NCBI RefSeq assembly: GCF_052425735.1
Contig: NC_135770.1
Location: 37,572,001-37,636,000, forward strand
Source: Oculina patagonica
Lineage: Eukaryota
Direction of reading: 5' to 3'
DNA length: 64,000 bases
Shown piece by piece: positions 44,734 to 56,853 of the stretch (position 1 is its first letter; each line of letters opens with the position of its first letter). The notes under the pieces were generated by a model. It saw only the letters and a list, made by a program, of their open reading frames with translations, was not told where the DNA came from and searched no databases. The position numbers and the translations under genes are program-made.

Positions 44734-46352
44734 GGAGGGGCCCCCCCCCCCCCCCCCCCCATTTTCAATATGGCAGATTTTGCTGGGAAAGGTCTATCAG
44801 CTGTAAAAGCAAAGCACATTAGTGTTCAAAGAAAGAAGCCTGTCAATTGTAGGCAACCTTCCATAAAGTTGTCCTAGTTTGCCAACTGAGACATGTGTTG
44901 GAGCAGTCTTCATCACGGAAAATAATATTTTTCTTGATACAATGTCTACATGAGGGGTGTAACTGCAGTTATTATATAGTAATATTACAAGTTGATTTTT
45001 ACCGGTATATTAAAATCGGTGAACAGTTGCACTTTTTCTTGTAGATAAACACCTTACAGTACATGTACTACTTTATGTACTAAGCCTTGCCCTGAAGATG
45101 GAAATCACTGTGAGTTCACATGCATGCACACTCAAATAAACAAATTTTGCAAAATTTGATTTCAATTATTTTTTGTTTTCATTTAGTTTTAGCGGAATCT
45201 TGGAAACCTATAAGACAGCGAGTCTTGTTCCAGCAGCCCAAACCAAAGCACAATTGCACCAAAGCTTGGCTTTGCATACTGAGGCCAAATTGGACTCTAT
45301 AGACATCTCATTGTTATGTCCACTGACTCGTTCACGGATGGTGACTCCAGTGCGAGGAAGGAACTGCGCACACATCAGCTGCTTTGATGGAGAATCGTAT
45401 CTGCAGTTGATGTGGGAGAAACATGTTGAGAAGTGGAAGTGCCCAGTGAGTTACTATAAAATCTGTTTATGCTAAATTTTTTACAGATAAGATTGCTTAT
45501 AGTACTATGCAAATTTATTGTTGTTTGCTATTTGTCATTGCTGTTTATTATTGTTGAGACCCTAAGAAGAAGACCATTCTCCTTGAGGTTATGTGTAATA
45601 ACAAACATGAATTGACTCCCTTAACTTAAATACTAAATTATTATATCAGACCACAACACTTACTTTAGAACACATTCAACACATGTGTATGCCTGTGTAA
45701 TAATTTATTGTCTGTAGTGCTAAAAGGACTAAAAGCAGGGATGTGTTGGGGGGGGGCGGGTGGGAAGGTTTTAAAAAAAAGTTTTTTTTTAACCTGAAGG
45801 GGTGGGCAGGTCTTTCCTAGCATTGTACTTTTTTTTCTTCACTCATTACTCCATTCACAGCTTGCATCACTTCACTAACCTGACCATGCAGGCTAAAGAG
45901 ATTAGTTTTTTGATTTTAAAATAAAAACATAAAATTGTTAGTGGGGGGGGGGGGGGGGGGAGTTGTAATGAGTTGGTAGTATGGGAATACATGTAACTTG
46001 GTTTCTTGTCAGCAACTTGTACTGTTTTTTTTTTCTTCAGATTTGTAAATGCCTTGCACCATTATCTGAGTTAGTTATAGATGGATATATCATGGGAATA
46101 CTGGAATCAGTTCCTGGGGACGTAAGAGGCGTAGAATTCACAGCTGATGGATGCTGGAAAATCAAGAAAGCAGATTGTTCTACAACCACCATCAACACAT
46201 CTCCAGAAAACTCTAGTGATCAGGGAAATAATATGATTATTGACCTGACATTTGACACTCCTGAAAAAGTTGTTCAGAAGAAATTTTCAAATGATGACAG
46301 CAGCCGAGGCATCAAAGCTCCACCAGTGATCGATCTAACACTTTCACCTTGA
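43240..46352 (+). CDS. SP-RING (zf-MIZ) PIAS-like SUMO E3 ligase-like protein, 3 coding exons, 343 aa
   Basis: Exons 43240-43706, 45193-45445, 46041-46352 (phases 2, 0; 1032 nt). SP-RING ISLLCPLTRSRMVTPVRGRNCAHISCFDGESYLQL...WKCP|IC, SP-CTD-like LVIDGY...VEFTADGCW, SIMs IIDLT and VIDLT. Possible 5'UTR intron 43142-43230. Confidence 0.82.
44029..44582. mobile_element. TA-flanked pogo/Tc1-type MITE
   Basis: ta|ccatatttactcgaataag ... cttattcgagtaaatacgg|ta with repeated gaataagcgc; related fragments at 9175-9270 and 9883-9965. Confidence 0.75.
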
Positions 46353-47977
46353 ATTAGTTCACATGGAAACTGTGAACAAGGCTGTAAAATTTCAGGTGAA
46401 ATCTTTTGTATAGAAAGTTAAAATGATATTTCTTCAAAGTTAGGGAAAGAAGTTAAGTTGCAAGTTAATGCTTCTCTTCCTTATATGTTATAATAATATC
46501 CTTGTGTAGTCTTTATTGCAAATTGTTTTGAGCATGAGGACAAACTAATAGTTATTACATGTAAAAGCAGGCACATAGGAGTCAGTCTTTTGAAATAAAA
46601 AGGGCCAATTAAATCGCGAAAGCAGCCAGTTATAATGCATTCAAATTTTTGCAGATTTTTCTCAGTGTGTGATCTCCAATGGAAACCTTGGATTGCAAGT
46701 ATTTTCCCATTGTGACAGTGTCAGTACACTGCAGCTATGGTTGATGAGAATGTGAATTATTGTTAAAAAAAAGAATTGTGTTACACTGTAGCTTGAGTTA
46801 AAACATAATGTTATGTATGTCTGCTTCCTGGACACTTTATTGTCTTCCTGTGTGAAAAGCATCTGGAACTCGACCTCAAAAAAAGTGATACTGATGATGC
46901 AGTGCAGCAGATGTTGGTGTATTATCTTTGATTGGCTGTTAATAGGAAATGAAACTACCCTAGCCGATTAGTAACACTGATTTCTGTAGAAATGTCACCA
47001 GTATGGAATGTTTTGGTTGGAAATAGATAGATGTCTGCTTACATAGGCTGCAGGATGCCCAAGTTCTGGATGTGGCTTAGCGAAGATAATATTGTATAAA
47101 AGTTGTCACAGCGAAACGATAAGAGATTATATGGAAATATATTGGGTATGTTTTAGGAAATAAAAATGCAGAAATTCTAAATAAAAATGATTTACTTATT
47201 AATGTTTGGATTGAAATTCGCATTTCAGAAATCTCTGGGTTTCTATAGTGGGCTTGTTTGTTTATCTGAAAATATTTTGATGCATACAAGAATATTACAT
47301 GGTAAAATATTAAGAACCTGACAGTTTGAAACCTTAAACAATTAGTTTTACAGTCGTTAAACAAACGTACTGTTCTCTGAGCACTTTCCAACAATGTAAA
47401 TGCAAAACAAACAAAATAGGACACTAAAATCAGAGACATTTTTTCCTCTTTTGAGGGCTATATTAAACTAAATATAAGTCCATTTGGAAGGGCTTGTTTT
47501 TTAAAAAAAGATTTCTCTGTCTGAGATTTAGGGGGCTTAATTTTGTGCGGAGTAGAGTAGGGAGGGGGGGGGGGGTATTTTCAGTGTGCAAGCCCTGTTA
47601 AGAGTCTACCTGGCACCATACAAATTCTCCTTACAGGTCTCTATAATTGTCCTTACTAATAGTTTAGAGAATTTGAAAACCTTCATAAAGGCAGTATTTT
47701 TCTCTTAACTGTACAGGTAGTATCGGTATCATCATCGTTATCCGCAACAAAAGTCACTGTCACACAGTTTACAACTGATAGCGTGATGCTCGTAGCGTGA
47801 CAATTGACATTTTAGATACCGCATGTAAATTGCCCAATTCAATTCAGATCATGCGACACATCCGGGATTACCAGAATGTTCCTTGGTCTTCCTTGATCGT
47901 TCTGGCTCTGTGCGGACCTAAAAAGCGCTTCGTAGTCAACGGTTGATTATCAGTTTTCAGCGTAGACAACAAACGTA

Positions 47978-49717
47978 ATGGGCTTTCTTTACTTTTTTGA
48001 GACCACCATAGAGATTCATGGAGATAAGCCACGGGAAGATATTGAAACGTGTTTATCTACCCACCGGGCTTTTACGGAGTCACAATTAGGGCGGAATGGA
48101 GGCATCAAACAAATTTGGAAGGTTGGTATATTTACCGCGATTTTTCAGTCACACGTTCTCGAACTTTTCCTTAATTTGTTTTTATCTTTTATAGTACACC
48201 CCAGTACAGTATCAGTTCTACTGGCGTATCTGCATTGATGTCGATACAAAATTGACTGAAAACGATTTCGAAAGGGAAAATATCCGTGACATAACAAGTT
48301 CTACGTTTTATTTAACACGTTTGCATAGCGAACCGTGAAAAAAAAAATAGTGAACCGTGTGGCTTGTCAGTCCTCACCTGGCGTCACGGCTGAACGAAAC
48401 TCGCGCGATGAGCACGCGCGCGCGCGCGTGTGGAAAGAGCTTTTATTCCCCGCATCTAAAGCACTGACCAACGGCAACGCAAGTAGCCGCGAACACAGAC
48501 GCCGGCCCGGAGAGAAACGCACGCGCACGCGAGGACGTACCGGAGAACGCATGGGAAAATTATTATAGGTTGCCAGTTGGAAGCAAACAAAATGATACTG
48601 ATTAAACAACTCTCGTCCTGCAATTTCTTCTTGTCGTTTTAAATTAATACATGTATTCAATGATTGTGATTACAGATTCCTGGAGAACACAAATTGATAG
48701 GAGGTAAGAACAAAGAAGACCAAAGACGACAAAAACTGACCGGTACATTATTGTCAGTACACGTAACATTAAATTGAGGAGGGGGATTGGGGTGTAGTGG
48801 GTGGTGGGCACGGTGGGTGAAGTGAAGTCAAATCGTACGAGTGTTGTATCACTGTAATAAACATACCTCCCTTACGCGGTCCATAAACCAGGACCTCTGC
48901 GTAAACCCCTTTTCCATCATGGAAAAGTAGGTGGTTGTGGTAGGGAAACTAAGAAGGGTTAGAAGCAATAGTCGGTCACTTCGTTGTTAAAACGCCCCTG
49001 TATCTGTTATTGCGTCTCAACAAGGCCACGAACTCGCTCAACATGATGAATAAGGTATGGCGCTCCCCCACTTACAGTACTCGTACTAAGCTGAAGCTCT
49101 ATCACAGCTGCGTCCTCACAACCCTTCTGTATGGTTCAGAATGTTGGCGCTTAACGGAGAAGGATCTATCCAAACTCTCCACTTTTCACACCAAGAGCCT
49201 TCGGCGTATTATAGGCATATTTTGGCCCAATGTCATCTCAAATAAAGATCTCCTTGAACGGTGTAGAACTGAACCAATGGCTACCATCTTGATGAGGAGA
49301 CGCTGGAGGTGGATTGGCCACGTCGCTCGCCAGGAAACCTCCAGTGCAAAAACCGCCCTGCACTGGACGCCAGAAGGGAAACGAAAGAGAGGTCGTCCAA
49401 AGATCACATGGCGACGGACGGTTGAGAAGGAAATAAAGGAGATGGGGAAGACCTGGGAGGGCATCAAGTTCATGGCAAGGGACCGCCAGATGTGGAGGGA
49501 GCAAAAAGCGCATTTGACATTTTAACTTTTAAAAGACATATTAGAAGTATTTGATACGTTTTTTAATTTCTTATATTCACTTTTTAAAATTTAACTTTTT
49601 ACATCTTCTATTTTTAACTTTCACTTTTTAACCATTTTTATCATATTTGTTATTTATTTTATGCAGGGCCCCACTGAAAACCACCTTTTTGTGACGTGGG
49701 CTCCCTGCTAAAATATC

Positions 49718-49752
<35 letters not shown>

Positions 49753-51481
49753 GTTGCTGCCCTACATGCCACTTAGGCGTAATGGGCATGAGTGAGTGGT
49801 AGGCTTCTACATCATCTGGTGCCTAAGCCTCGCAGGCTAAAGAAAACCAAGCGGTCATGTGGATGAAAACGTGCCGCAAAGTTGTTTAACGACGTAGCAC
49901 TTCTTCCCATTCTTCTCCGGTTCTGATTATCTTCGACTCTGGTCTGAGATTGTAACGCTCCTCGATAATTCTTGATATTTATTAACACTACTTTGTCCTC
50001 TCTCTCCCCAGTCCTCAACGTGGATTCACCAGGCGAGCTAGATACCTTGACCAATTTTTCAATAAAGAACAAACTTGGTGGCAAAATGTCTTCCGTGTTC
50101 ACCCCCCTGAGGCCTTACGAAGATTTTGCGACGAATGTTGGACAAAGGCTTGGGGAAGACACTGATGTTAAGAGCGTAGAGAGTGTGTCAAAAGTCGGTT
50201 TGCACTATTTGCTGAAATTTACTGTAGAATATAAAGGTAAAGACTCGCCTTGAAGCTTTTTGGATTGAACGAGTGTCTTTTGATGTTTAGAATGGCTGCA
50301 AATATTCGACTTAGTACAGATCTCGTGACATGCCTGATAGTGATTAAAAGTTCATTTTCGGAGTTTTAGGAAATATTTGAAGTAGCCCGTTGTAACCCGT
50401 TGTCATTTTCTAATGCATTACTCCACTTCTCTACCAAATCCCATAAAAACCCTCCCCTGCCTTTCAGGGGTCAACTCAAAGGAATTTGGTACTTATACCC
50501 TTGTTTTCCCGTCTCAAAGACTAGCACGTTTAGCTCGAACTGTAGTTTTCGAAGTTCTTTTTTCTCTATTTCAGGCATGACTCAAGAAGAGCTCTTCAAA
50601 ATATGGAGCGAGGAAGCAAAAGCTGCTCTAGGCGCGAAAAAATCAGGAACAGTGTTGGACTTGTGGAAAGTAGTGGCCCAAAGAAAGGTGACCAAAAGTC
50701 TTCTCTGAATAAGAATAAAAAGTTAGAACTGGTTACAACTGGGGGAGCTTATATCCGAGGGCGCTTATATAAGAGGCGTTAAAAACCGATTGAAAATGAG
50801 CTGACTGATCTGTTAGTCAAGGATAAGTTCATTGAAGGAGGTGCGGTTGTTGGTATGTGTGTGTGTGTGTGTGTGGGGGGGGGTGGGGGTGAGGAAGGGG
50901 GTGGGGAAGGGCATTTTAAAGTTGTTTTCTTGGGCTAAAAACAACTTAAGCTTTTCTGTCTTATCATTGTTAAGTGATTATTTTCAAAGAGGAGGGGGAG
51001 GGGGGATCAACATTCAACACGGTTTTACTGAGGCTCTTTATGCCTTTCAGCGGTCTTACGAGGCGACCTAATAATCGATATTCTAAAAATCCGAATACAT
51101 TATTCGGATATAAACCTATAAATATTTTTTTACCAGTTGTCTCTATTCCGTAACATGATGTCTGATGTCAATAAGACTACGTAGGAACGTTTGGAACACT
51201 TGCTGCTAGTTGCTACTGTTTCTGGTTTTGTAGTCAAACTAGTACTTCATGTAAGCAATATTAAAGCAGACGTCTTGAACGAGTTATGTAATTGCAGTTG
51301 TTATCACACATTGCAGGTTTTTGCCATCGTCTGTGTTGATGACCCAGGGGCACTGGACCAGATATCATTTGACCTGCCAATCATGAAGAAGATGGGGGAC
51401 AAAGTCCACATTACCTGCAAGTCTATCCGTCATGTGACGGAGTGGATTGACGAACTTAAAACTGTACTTTGGGGCGAGTGA
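47978..51481 (+). CDS. Tandem two-domain muconolactone delta-isomerase-like (MIase/CatC, dimeric alpha-beta barrel) protein, copy 1, 224 aa
   Basis: Exons 47978-48121, 48676-48703, 50012-50236, 50575-50687, 51317-51481 (675 nt, GT-AG, phases 0,1,1,0). Internal repeat: GFLYFFETTIE..KQIWKIPGEHKLIGVLNVDSPGELD..TPLRPYEDF and GLHYLLKFTVE..IWSEEAKAAL..GTVLDLWKVVAQRKVFAIVCVDDPGALDQI.FDLPI; pattern matches CatC (EK..A..L...G....LWR..G......FDV.S...L...L..LPL). Confidence 0.8.
49010..49797 (+). mobile_element. 5'-truncated RTE-clade LINE (C-terminal ORF part), split by a second insertion
   Basis: TKLKLYHSCVLTTLLYGSECW..FHTKSLRRI..RRWRWIGHVAR..WTPEGKRKRGRPKITWRRTVE..DRQMWRE to 49500; resumes at about 49750 as VAALHAT with tgagtgag tail. 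Confidence 0.88.
49501..49750 (+). mobile_element. CR1/L2-like LINE 3' end with (TTA)n tail inserted into the RTE
   Basis: T-rich 3'UTR, cagggccccactgaaaacca...gggctccctg, then (att)n. Confidence 0.55.
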
Positions 51482-52258
51482 CGAGCCCGCAATCAGCACA
51501 CTGACACTACCGTTCGTTGCGTGACTGAATTGATTCCAAATCTTGAGAAACTGATCATGTAAACCGCTGATGATCGTGCTGGCTTCTTTAGTTACATAAT
51601 CTGAATCTTAATTAGCATTTTATACGTAAACTCATATGATGAATGGAGCCTCAGCGTAACTTCATACCAGCGTCCGACAATGTAAGACGAAATAAATGCT
51701 AAGTTCATTAAACTTGTTACACTCTGGATTTATTTTAGACAACGAATGCCTAAACTCATATTTGGCATTTTTTATGACTGGAACAACATTGCGAAACATT
51801 ACAAAAATAACCTTAGTGAAGGGGAACGAATGTTTTCTCTTAACTCTCTCTTTAGTAACGCCTGGGAAAAATCTTTCAAGGACTCTCAGGGCCAGAGGAA
51901 ACTGAGAAACTTTTGTGTACTGTTTGCATGTACTTCATTTAAATTTTTTAAATCTTTTTTAAATCGAGTTGACCATTTTCTGCAGACTTAAAGCACCTTA
52001 AGAAAATGAACAATTTGCAGGAAGCAGCATAACCTAACAAATGGCTCCTACGTCAGAGTGTGGTTAAAAAAAGGTTTTGTCATGAGTCTTTACATGTATT
52101 AGACGCCAAAGTGACTAAGTGCACGAACGTAGCTAAACAATTGGTGATTGACAGGCAAGGGAAGCTGGTGATCTTTCAAATATATTGCTATGTCTGTATT
52201 ACACCGTCACGCTCGTTTAGGACGCATTTGACCCATAGGTACAGCCTGAACCAGTGCA

Positions 52259-55200
52259 ATGGGGTTACTTTACTTCTTCCAGACAACCATTGAGTTTCGC
52301 GCGGTTGACCAAAACAATCTGTTCAAACGATGGCTGGATATCGTCGAGGCGTTCATTGCATATCCAACGAAAACGACAGGGATGGAAATCAAACAGTTCT
52401 GGAAGGTAAGCATAGTTTTCAACGTGTTTATATCGGTATAGCATGTCGACGGACCGACTTAGCGGCTGATACTAGACGCAGTTTTATGGAGTACCGGTCT
52501 ACTTTAAGTCGGCGACTTATTTGAAGCACCGATGTATTGCGTATAAAAACGATGTGATATCGATGGGCCAGGTAGGCTAGCTATATGAGCTCTGTATTGG
52601 TGTTCTGCTGGCATTGTCCGGGCACTGTGTTGGCATACGTTCTGGTTGGAAGTTGATGATTTACTCTGATGATGAAAATTCCTTTGCCTTTTTTTATTTC
52701 AACTTTTACTCAGTCAACCTTTCATTATTGGATTATTTTTGAAAGTGCGCAAGAGCGCGCGTAATGTGTCGCTGATTTTTCGGGATTTAAAGATGCATTA
52801 GCATTTGGCCAAAACATGCAAATTAGGTGTCAGGAGTTTACAGAATACGATAACGCCCAGTGGAGCGAAAGAGAACTAGTTGACCTTGTCACGAATATTT
52901 ATTTCTTGATATCTTGGCTGGACAGGAAATCCATTGACACTGTAGTGTTCCAATAAAGCCAACTATTTTGGTTTGAATGGGCTGTGCATTTTGGTCTGGA
53001 ATTGGGTACAGTTTTTACGCGAAGGAACCATCTTTTAATTGGTATTTTAGCAGGAGTGCGGTCTAAACTAAAACAGATCCTGAATTTGAACTGTGTTAAG
53101 GCCCATTTAAGACCCGTTTACACACGTCAGGCGATTTTTGATGCGATATTCGTTGTGTTCTCCAGTGTAACTTGTCGCGCTCGAGTTCGCGATATAAAAA
53201 CGCAAGTGTAAACTAGTGGCGATATGGTGAAATCGCTGTCTTTGTACACTTGCAATTTTCGCGCGATTTTTTTAATCGTGTGAACGGGCCTTAACAAACC
53301 TGTTAAACTGGACTTCTAGTCAGGATTCAAATGATATTCAGTTGCACTCATTTTGTATGTTGGATAATAGGAAAAGATATTAACACCATTATCACCATTA
53401 ATTCGGCCTTTTGTACTGAACACCTTTTATGTTTGTTCATGACAATAGGTTTTAATAATCCGTCCTCCTAATTTACTGAGTTTAAAAAGAGTATTCCATG
53501 GAGGAACAATATATATATACGTAGTCAAAGTTGCTAATTACTCGACTGCCACATGAACATAAATGTGCCTTTCCTTTCACATTGTTTTCTTCGTTATTAA
53601 TTGACTGTCTAAATTCTTTTCCAAAACCTTTTGTTTCGACTGCATGGCGATATTGCAAATCAAGACCAAAGTCAAATTCTACGGTAAAGTTCCGAAAATA
53701 ACTCTCCACCACCACCCGAAAAAAATATTAGCCTCCCAAATCTTAGACGCAAAAAAAAACCTTCCGAAAATAAGTCCACCTGAAAGGAACATTGAGCAAA
53801 TATGAGCCCAGGGTTTATTTGTGGAATGCAGCAGGATCTGTAACTATGCTTCAAACAAATGTAAATCCTGAATGGGACAAGTCATTGTTATCAGAAGTTC
53901 ATGAAGCTCTGGTCAGTTAAAACACCGCTTAGTTAGCTAAAAGACCATTCGTAAATAAAATTAGCTTATTAAGCAGCAAAAACAGTCAGGGGACTAACAA
54001 CCATTATTTACTTTTCGAAATTCTTAAAGAAGTCTTTTTCAATCTCGTGTTTTCAGATGTGCGGAGAGAACAAGTTGATAGGAGGTAAGAAAGCTCTATT
54101 GATCTACTTTATAATAGAGAGATTCCAGTAAAGTATAAGGATTTATAAGTGATAGGGGGATCGAGGTAATTTTCCATCCAATTCAGACCATCATTGTCTT
54201 TGACATTTTAGAGAGCAAAACAGTCGTATCTTTTCTGTCTTTTGCGAACGCGCTCGGTCTTCGAACGAGAGCGAGAGGTCTGAAGCCAACTGTGAGTGAG
54301 ACTGGGAGACGCTAAAAGTTTCCAACGACTTTAGAGAAAAAACGACTGATTTGCACTAAGAATGGGCCGATACAGGTTTTTCAAAACGATACGATATCGA
54401 TACGATATTTGCCTTTTTTCTCGATTTCGATATCGATATCGATATTATGACGTCATTTCCGTACTGACGTCATTGGTATGTCACGTGAATTGTCTGACCA
54501 TACAAAGGACATTTCTGGCATTATAAATATTAGCCAGGAATGTTGATTTTTGGTCTTTTTGTTTCACTATGGACTAGATCAAGTCAAGGCAATAGAAAAA
54601 TCCAAATATTGACAAGAAAATCAATATTTGTTTGCGCAAAAGTGCATTTTTAAACCTCAGGTGCTGACCAGAAGTTCGCAGGCTCAAGTCACGTGTGCAG
54701 TATCGAAAACGTATCGAAAGTGCGATATTTTTCGAAAGTATCGATACTTTTCAACATTGTCAAAATATCGATGTATCGAATATTTGGTATCGAGTATCGG
54801 CCCATCCTTAATTTGCAGTCTATTGACATTTGTACCACAGCTGCGGCCTGCTGATGACCTACAATGCAAATTGAGAAGAGTGAAGAGAAGAGCCAGTAGC
54901 ATAAATTATGTCAATTGGGCTCCTGATTATGTAAATTATGCAATGGCCAAATTTTTTAATCTTCTTTTACGGAGTTTGTTCTCTTTCTCAGTGCTCAGCG
55001 TGGAATCACCTGGAGAACTGGACACTTGTTTTGCCACCCTCTTGAAGCAGCAATCCTCTGATGTTCAAATCACCACCGAGGTCACTCCCTTTAGACCTTA
55101 TGAAGATTTTGCTGGTACTCTTGCCAAAAGGAGCAGAGAAAGCCTGGACACCACACATATAAAAAGTGTTAACAATGATGGATTGTACTATTTCATTTCT

Positions 55201-56358
55201 GCCGGAGTCGAGTACTCAGGTAACGTAAGATATGCCCAACTACAGTGGATTTTGGTCGTCACGCAACGCTTCCGTGAGAACGTTGCGTGACGCTTTAAAC
55301 CTGAGCTGCTGCGAATGCGACGACCTATTTGCTTATTTTACCTTCAACCTCTTGTAAACGTCAAAATAGCAGAGTAATTTTACCGGCATCTTTTCTAAAC
55401 CAGGTATCAGTCAGCTAGATCTCCTAAAGATCTGGGCCGAGGAAGCGAAATGTGCTCTGGAGGCAAAAAAGTCAGGAACTATCTTGGACTTGTGGAAGGT
55501 GGTCGCTGAAAGACAGGTGAAGTAGCAAAGAAAATTGTTGCAGAAATTTGCTTTCCTAATGTTTGCACCTTTAACCGTCCTGAAAACATGAAAACAAGTT
55601 TAAAATGCAAGGATATTCAAACGGCTGAAAACTGGTGTGTACTTTGATTTGGCCCAATATTTCGGATGGGCAAAACCAACCTTTATCAGGGAAACATGTT
55701 TTTACTGAAAATAATTTGCTTCCTTGAAGTCAAATTATTTCTGGTTTAAAAACTGTCTTTCCTGTAGCAAGACTCATGCTATAGGTGGGTGCACCTAACT
55801 TCTCCTTCGTACCGCTTTGCCCATGAAAAAACAAAAAAAAAAAAGCAAGAGGAACACCAACACCAACCCTGCGGTCTCAAATTGAACATTAATTAAATCA
55901 GTTTGGTGCAGTTTGTTGTATCTATTATTTCCAATGTTTCTTAATAGCAAATCAAATTATGTTTGACTCGTTACTTTCGGAGGCTCACTTTTTCAAGGAT
56001 TTGTTAACAACCGTTAAATTTTTTATGCTTTTTGTATCGGGGGCTCGTTTTTTCGGAACTTACCAGAATCTCACCACACCCAAATTTGAGCTTGAACCGC
56101 AGGCTACAGCTCCCTTTCCTGTTTTCTATGAGTACTATCCCTCCAGATCTGCATGATTAGCAAATTAAAAAAGCCAATTATTTCCTGCAGGTTTGGCTGA
56201 TTGTTTGCGTAGATAATCCAGGGGACGCAGACGAGCTTTTAACGTTTGATCTGCCAATGCTGAAAAGAATGGGAGTCCAGTTGTACATAAAATGCAAGTC
56301 TATTCGTCCGGTCAGCTGCTGGATGGAGGATCTTAAGAAACTTGTGTCTACCAAATAA
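52259..56358 (+). CDS. Two-domain MIase-like protein, copy 2, 227 aa
   Basis: Exons 52259-52405, 54057-54084, 54992-55219, 55404-55516, 56191-56358 (684 nt); same intron positions and phases as copy 1; IWAEEAKCALEAKKSGTILDLWKVVAERQ|VWLIVCVDNPGDADELLTFDLPM. Confidence 0.82.
54209..54822. mobile_element. TAG-ended 9-bp-TSD element with a nested hAT-like MITE (54357-54810)
   Basis: Outer: tagagagcaaaacagtcg ... cgactgatttgca//gtcta, TSD ttgacattt (54200-54208, 54823-54831). Inner: taagaatgggccgatac ... gtatcggcccatcctta, 8-bp TSD atttgcac/atttgcag, cgata repeats. Confidence 0.78.
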
Positions 56359-56530
56359 GCGTACCGCTCAGATACAAAACTAAAAACGGCTTGTAGACTT
56401 TGTAGCTAAAAGCGACTTGTATGTAATATTCAGGAAATAAATTCATTGTTTTACTTATGGATGTTGAACACTACTATTTATTGCGTGTGTTGTGTTCAAA
56501 CTTTAAATTTCCGGCTCTGATCAGTACTTT

Positions 56531-56700
56531 ATACTTACTTATTCCTCTTCGTCCCTGGTGGGATATAAGGCGCCAACGATCTGCTTCCATCGGGACCGAT
56601 CTTTTGCCACAATTTGTGCCTCGCCCCAAGTCAAGCCCATCTCCTTTAGCTCGGCCATCACTGTACGTCTCCAGGTTGCCCTGGACCGCCCTCGCCTCAA
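56531..56700 (-). mobile_element. RTE-clade LINE 3' end, minus strand
   Basis: Minus frame RGRSRATWRRTVMAELKEMGLTWGEAQIVAKDRSRWKQIVGALYPTRDEEE* followed by a (taag)n tail. Confidence 0.75.
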
Positions 56701-56853
56701 TCAGCCTCATCAGTGGTTGCTCCTTTAATTATCGCAAACCTGCAATGGGTTTTGCATTTACAATAATTCCCCGTAACAAGTGCCAAAGAATGTTGCTGGT
56801 TATAAGATTTCTTGTCCCTTCAATGTACTGGTTAACGAAATGACTGGCTGAAT

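Noticed and set aside
44586-44877. Gly/Pro-rich ORFs and the G-run/C-run hairpin
   Set aside because: Homopolymer tracts of unreliable length in an intron; likely collapsed ends of a G/C-terminated MITE.
54628-55290. 220-aa ORF as one exon
   Set aside because: The first ~120 codons are MITE/intron sequence; only 54992-55219 is bounded by splice sites and matches the paralogs.
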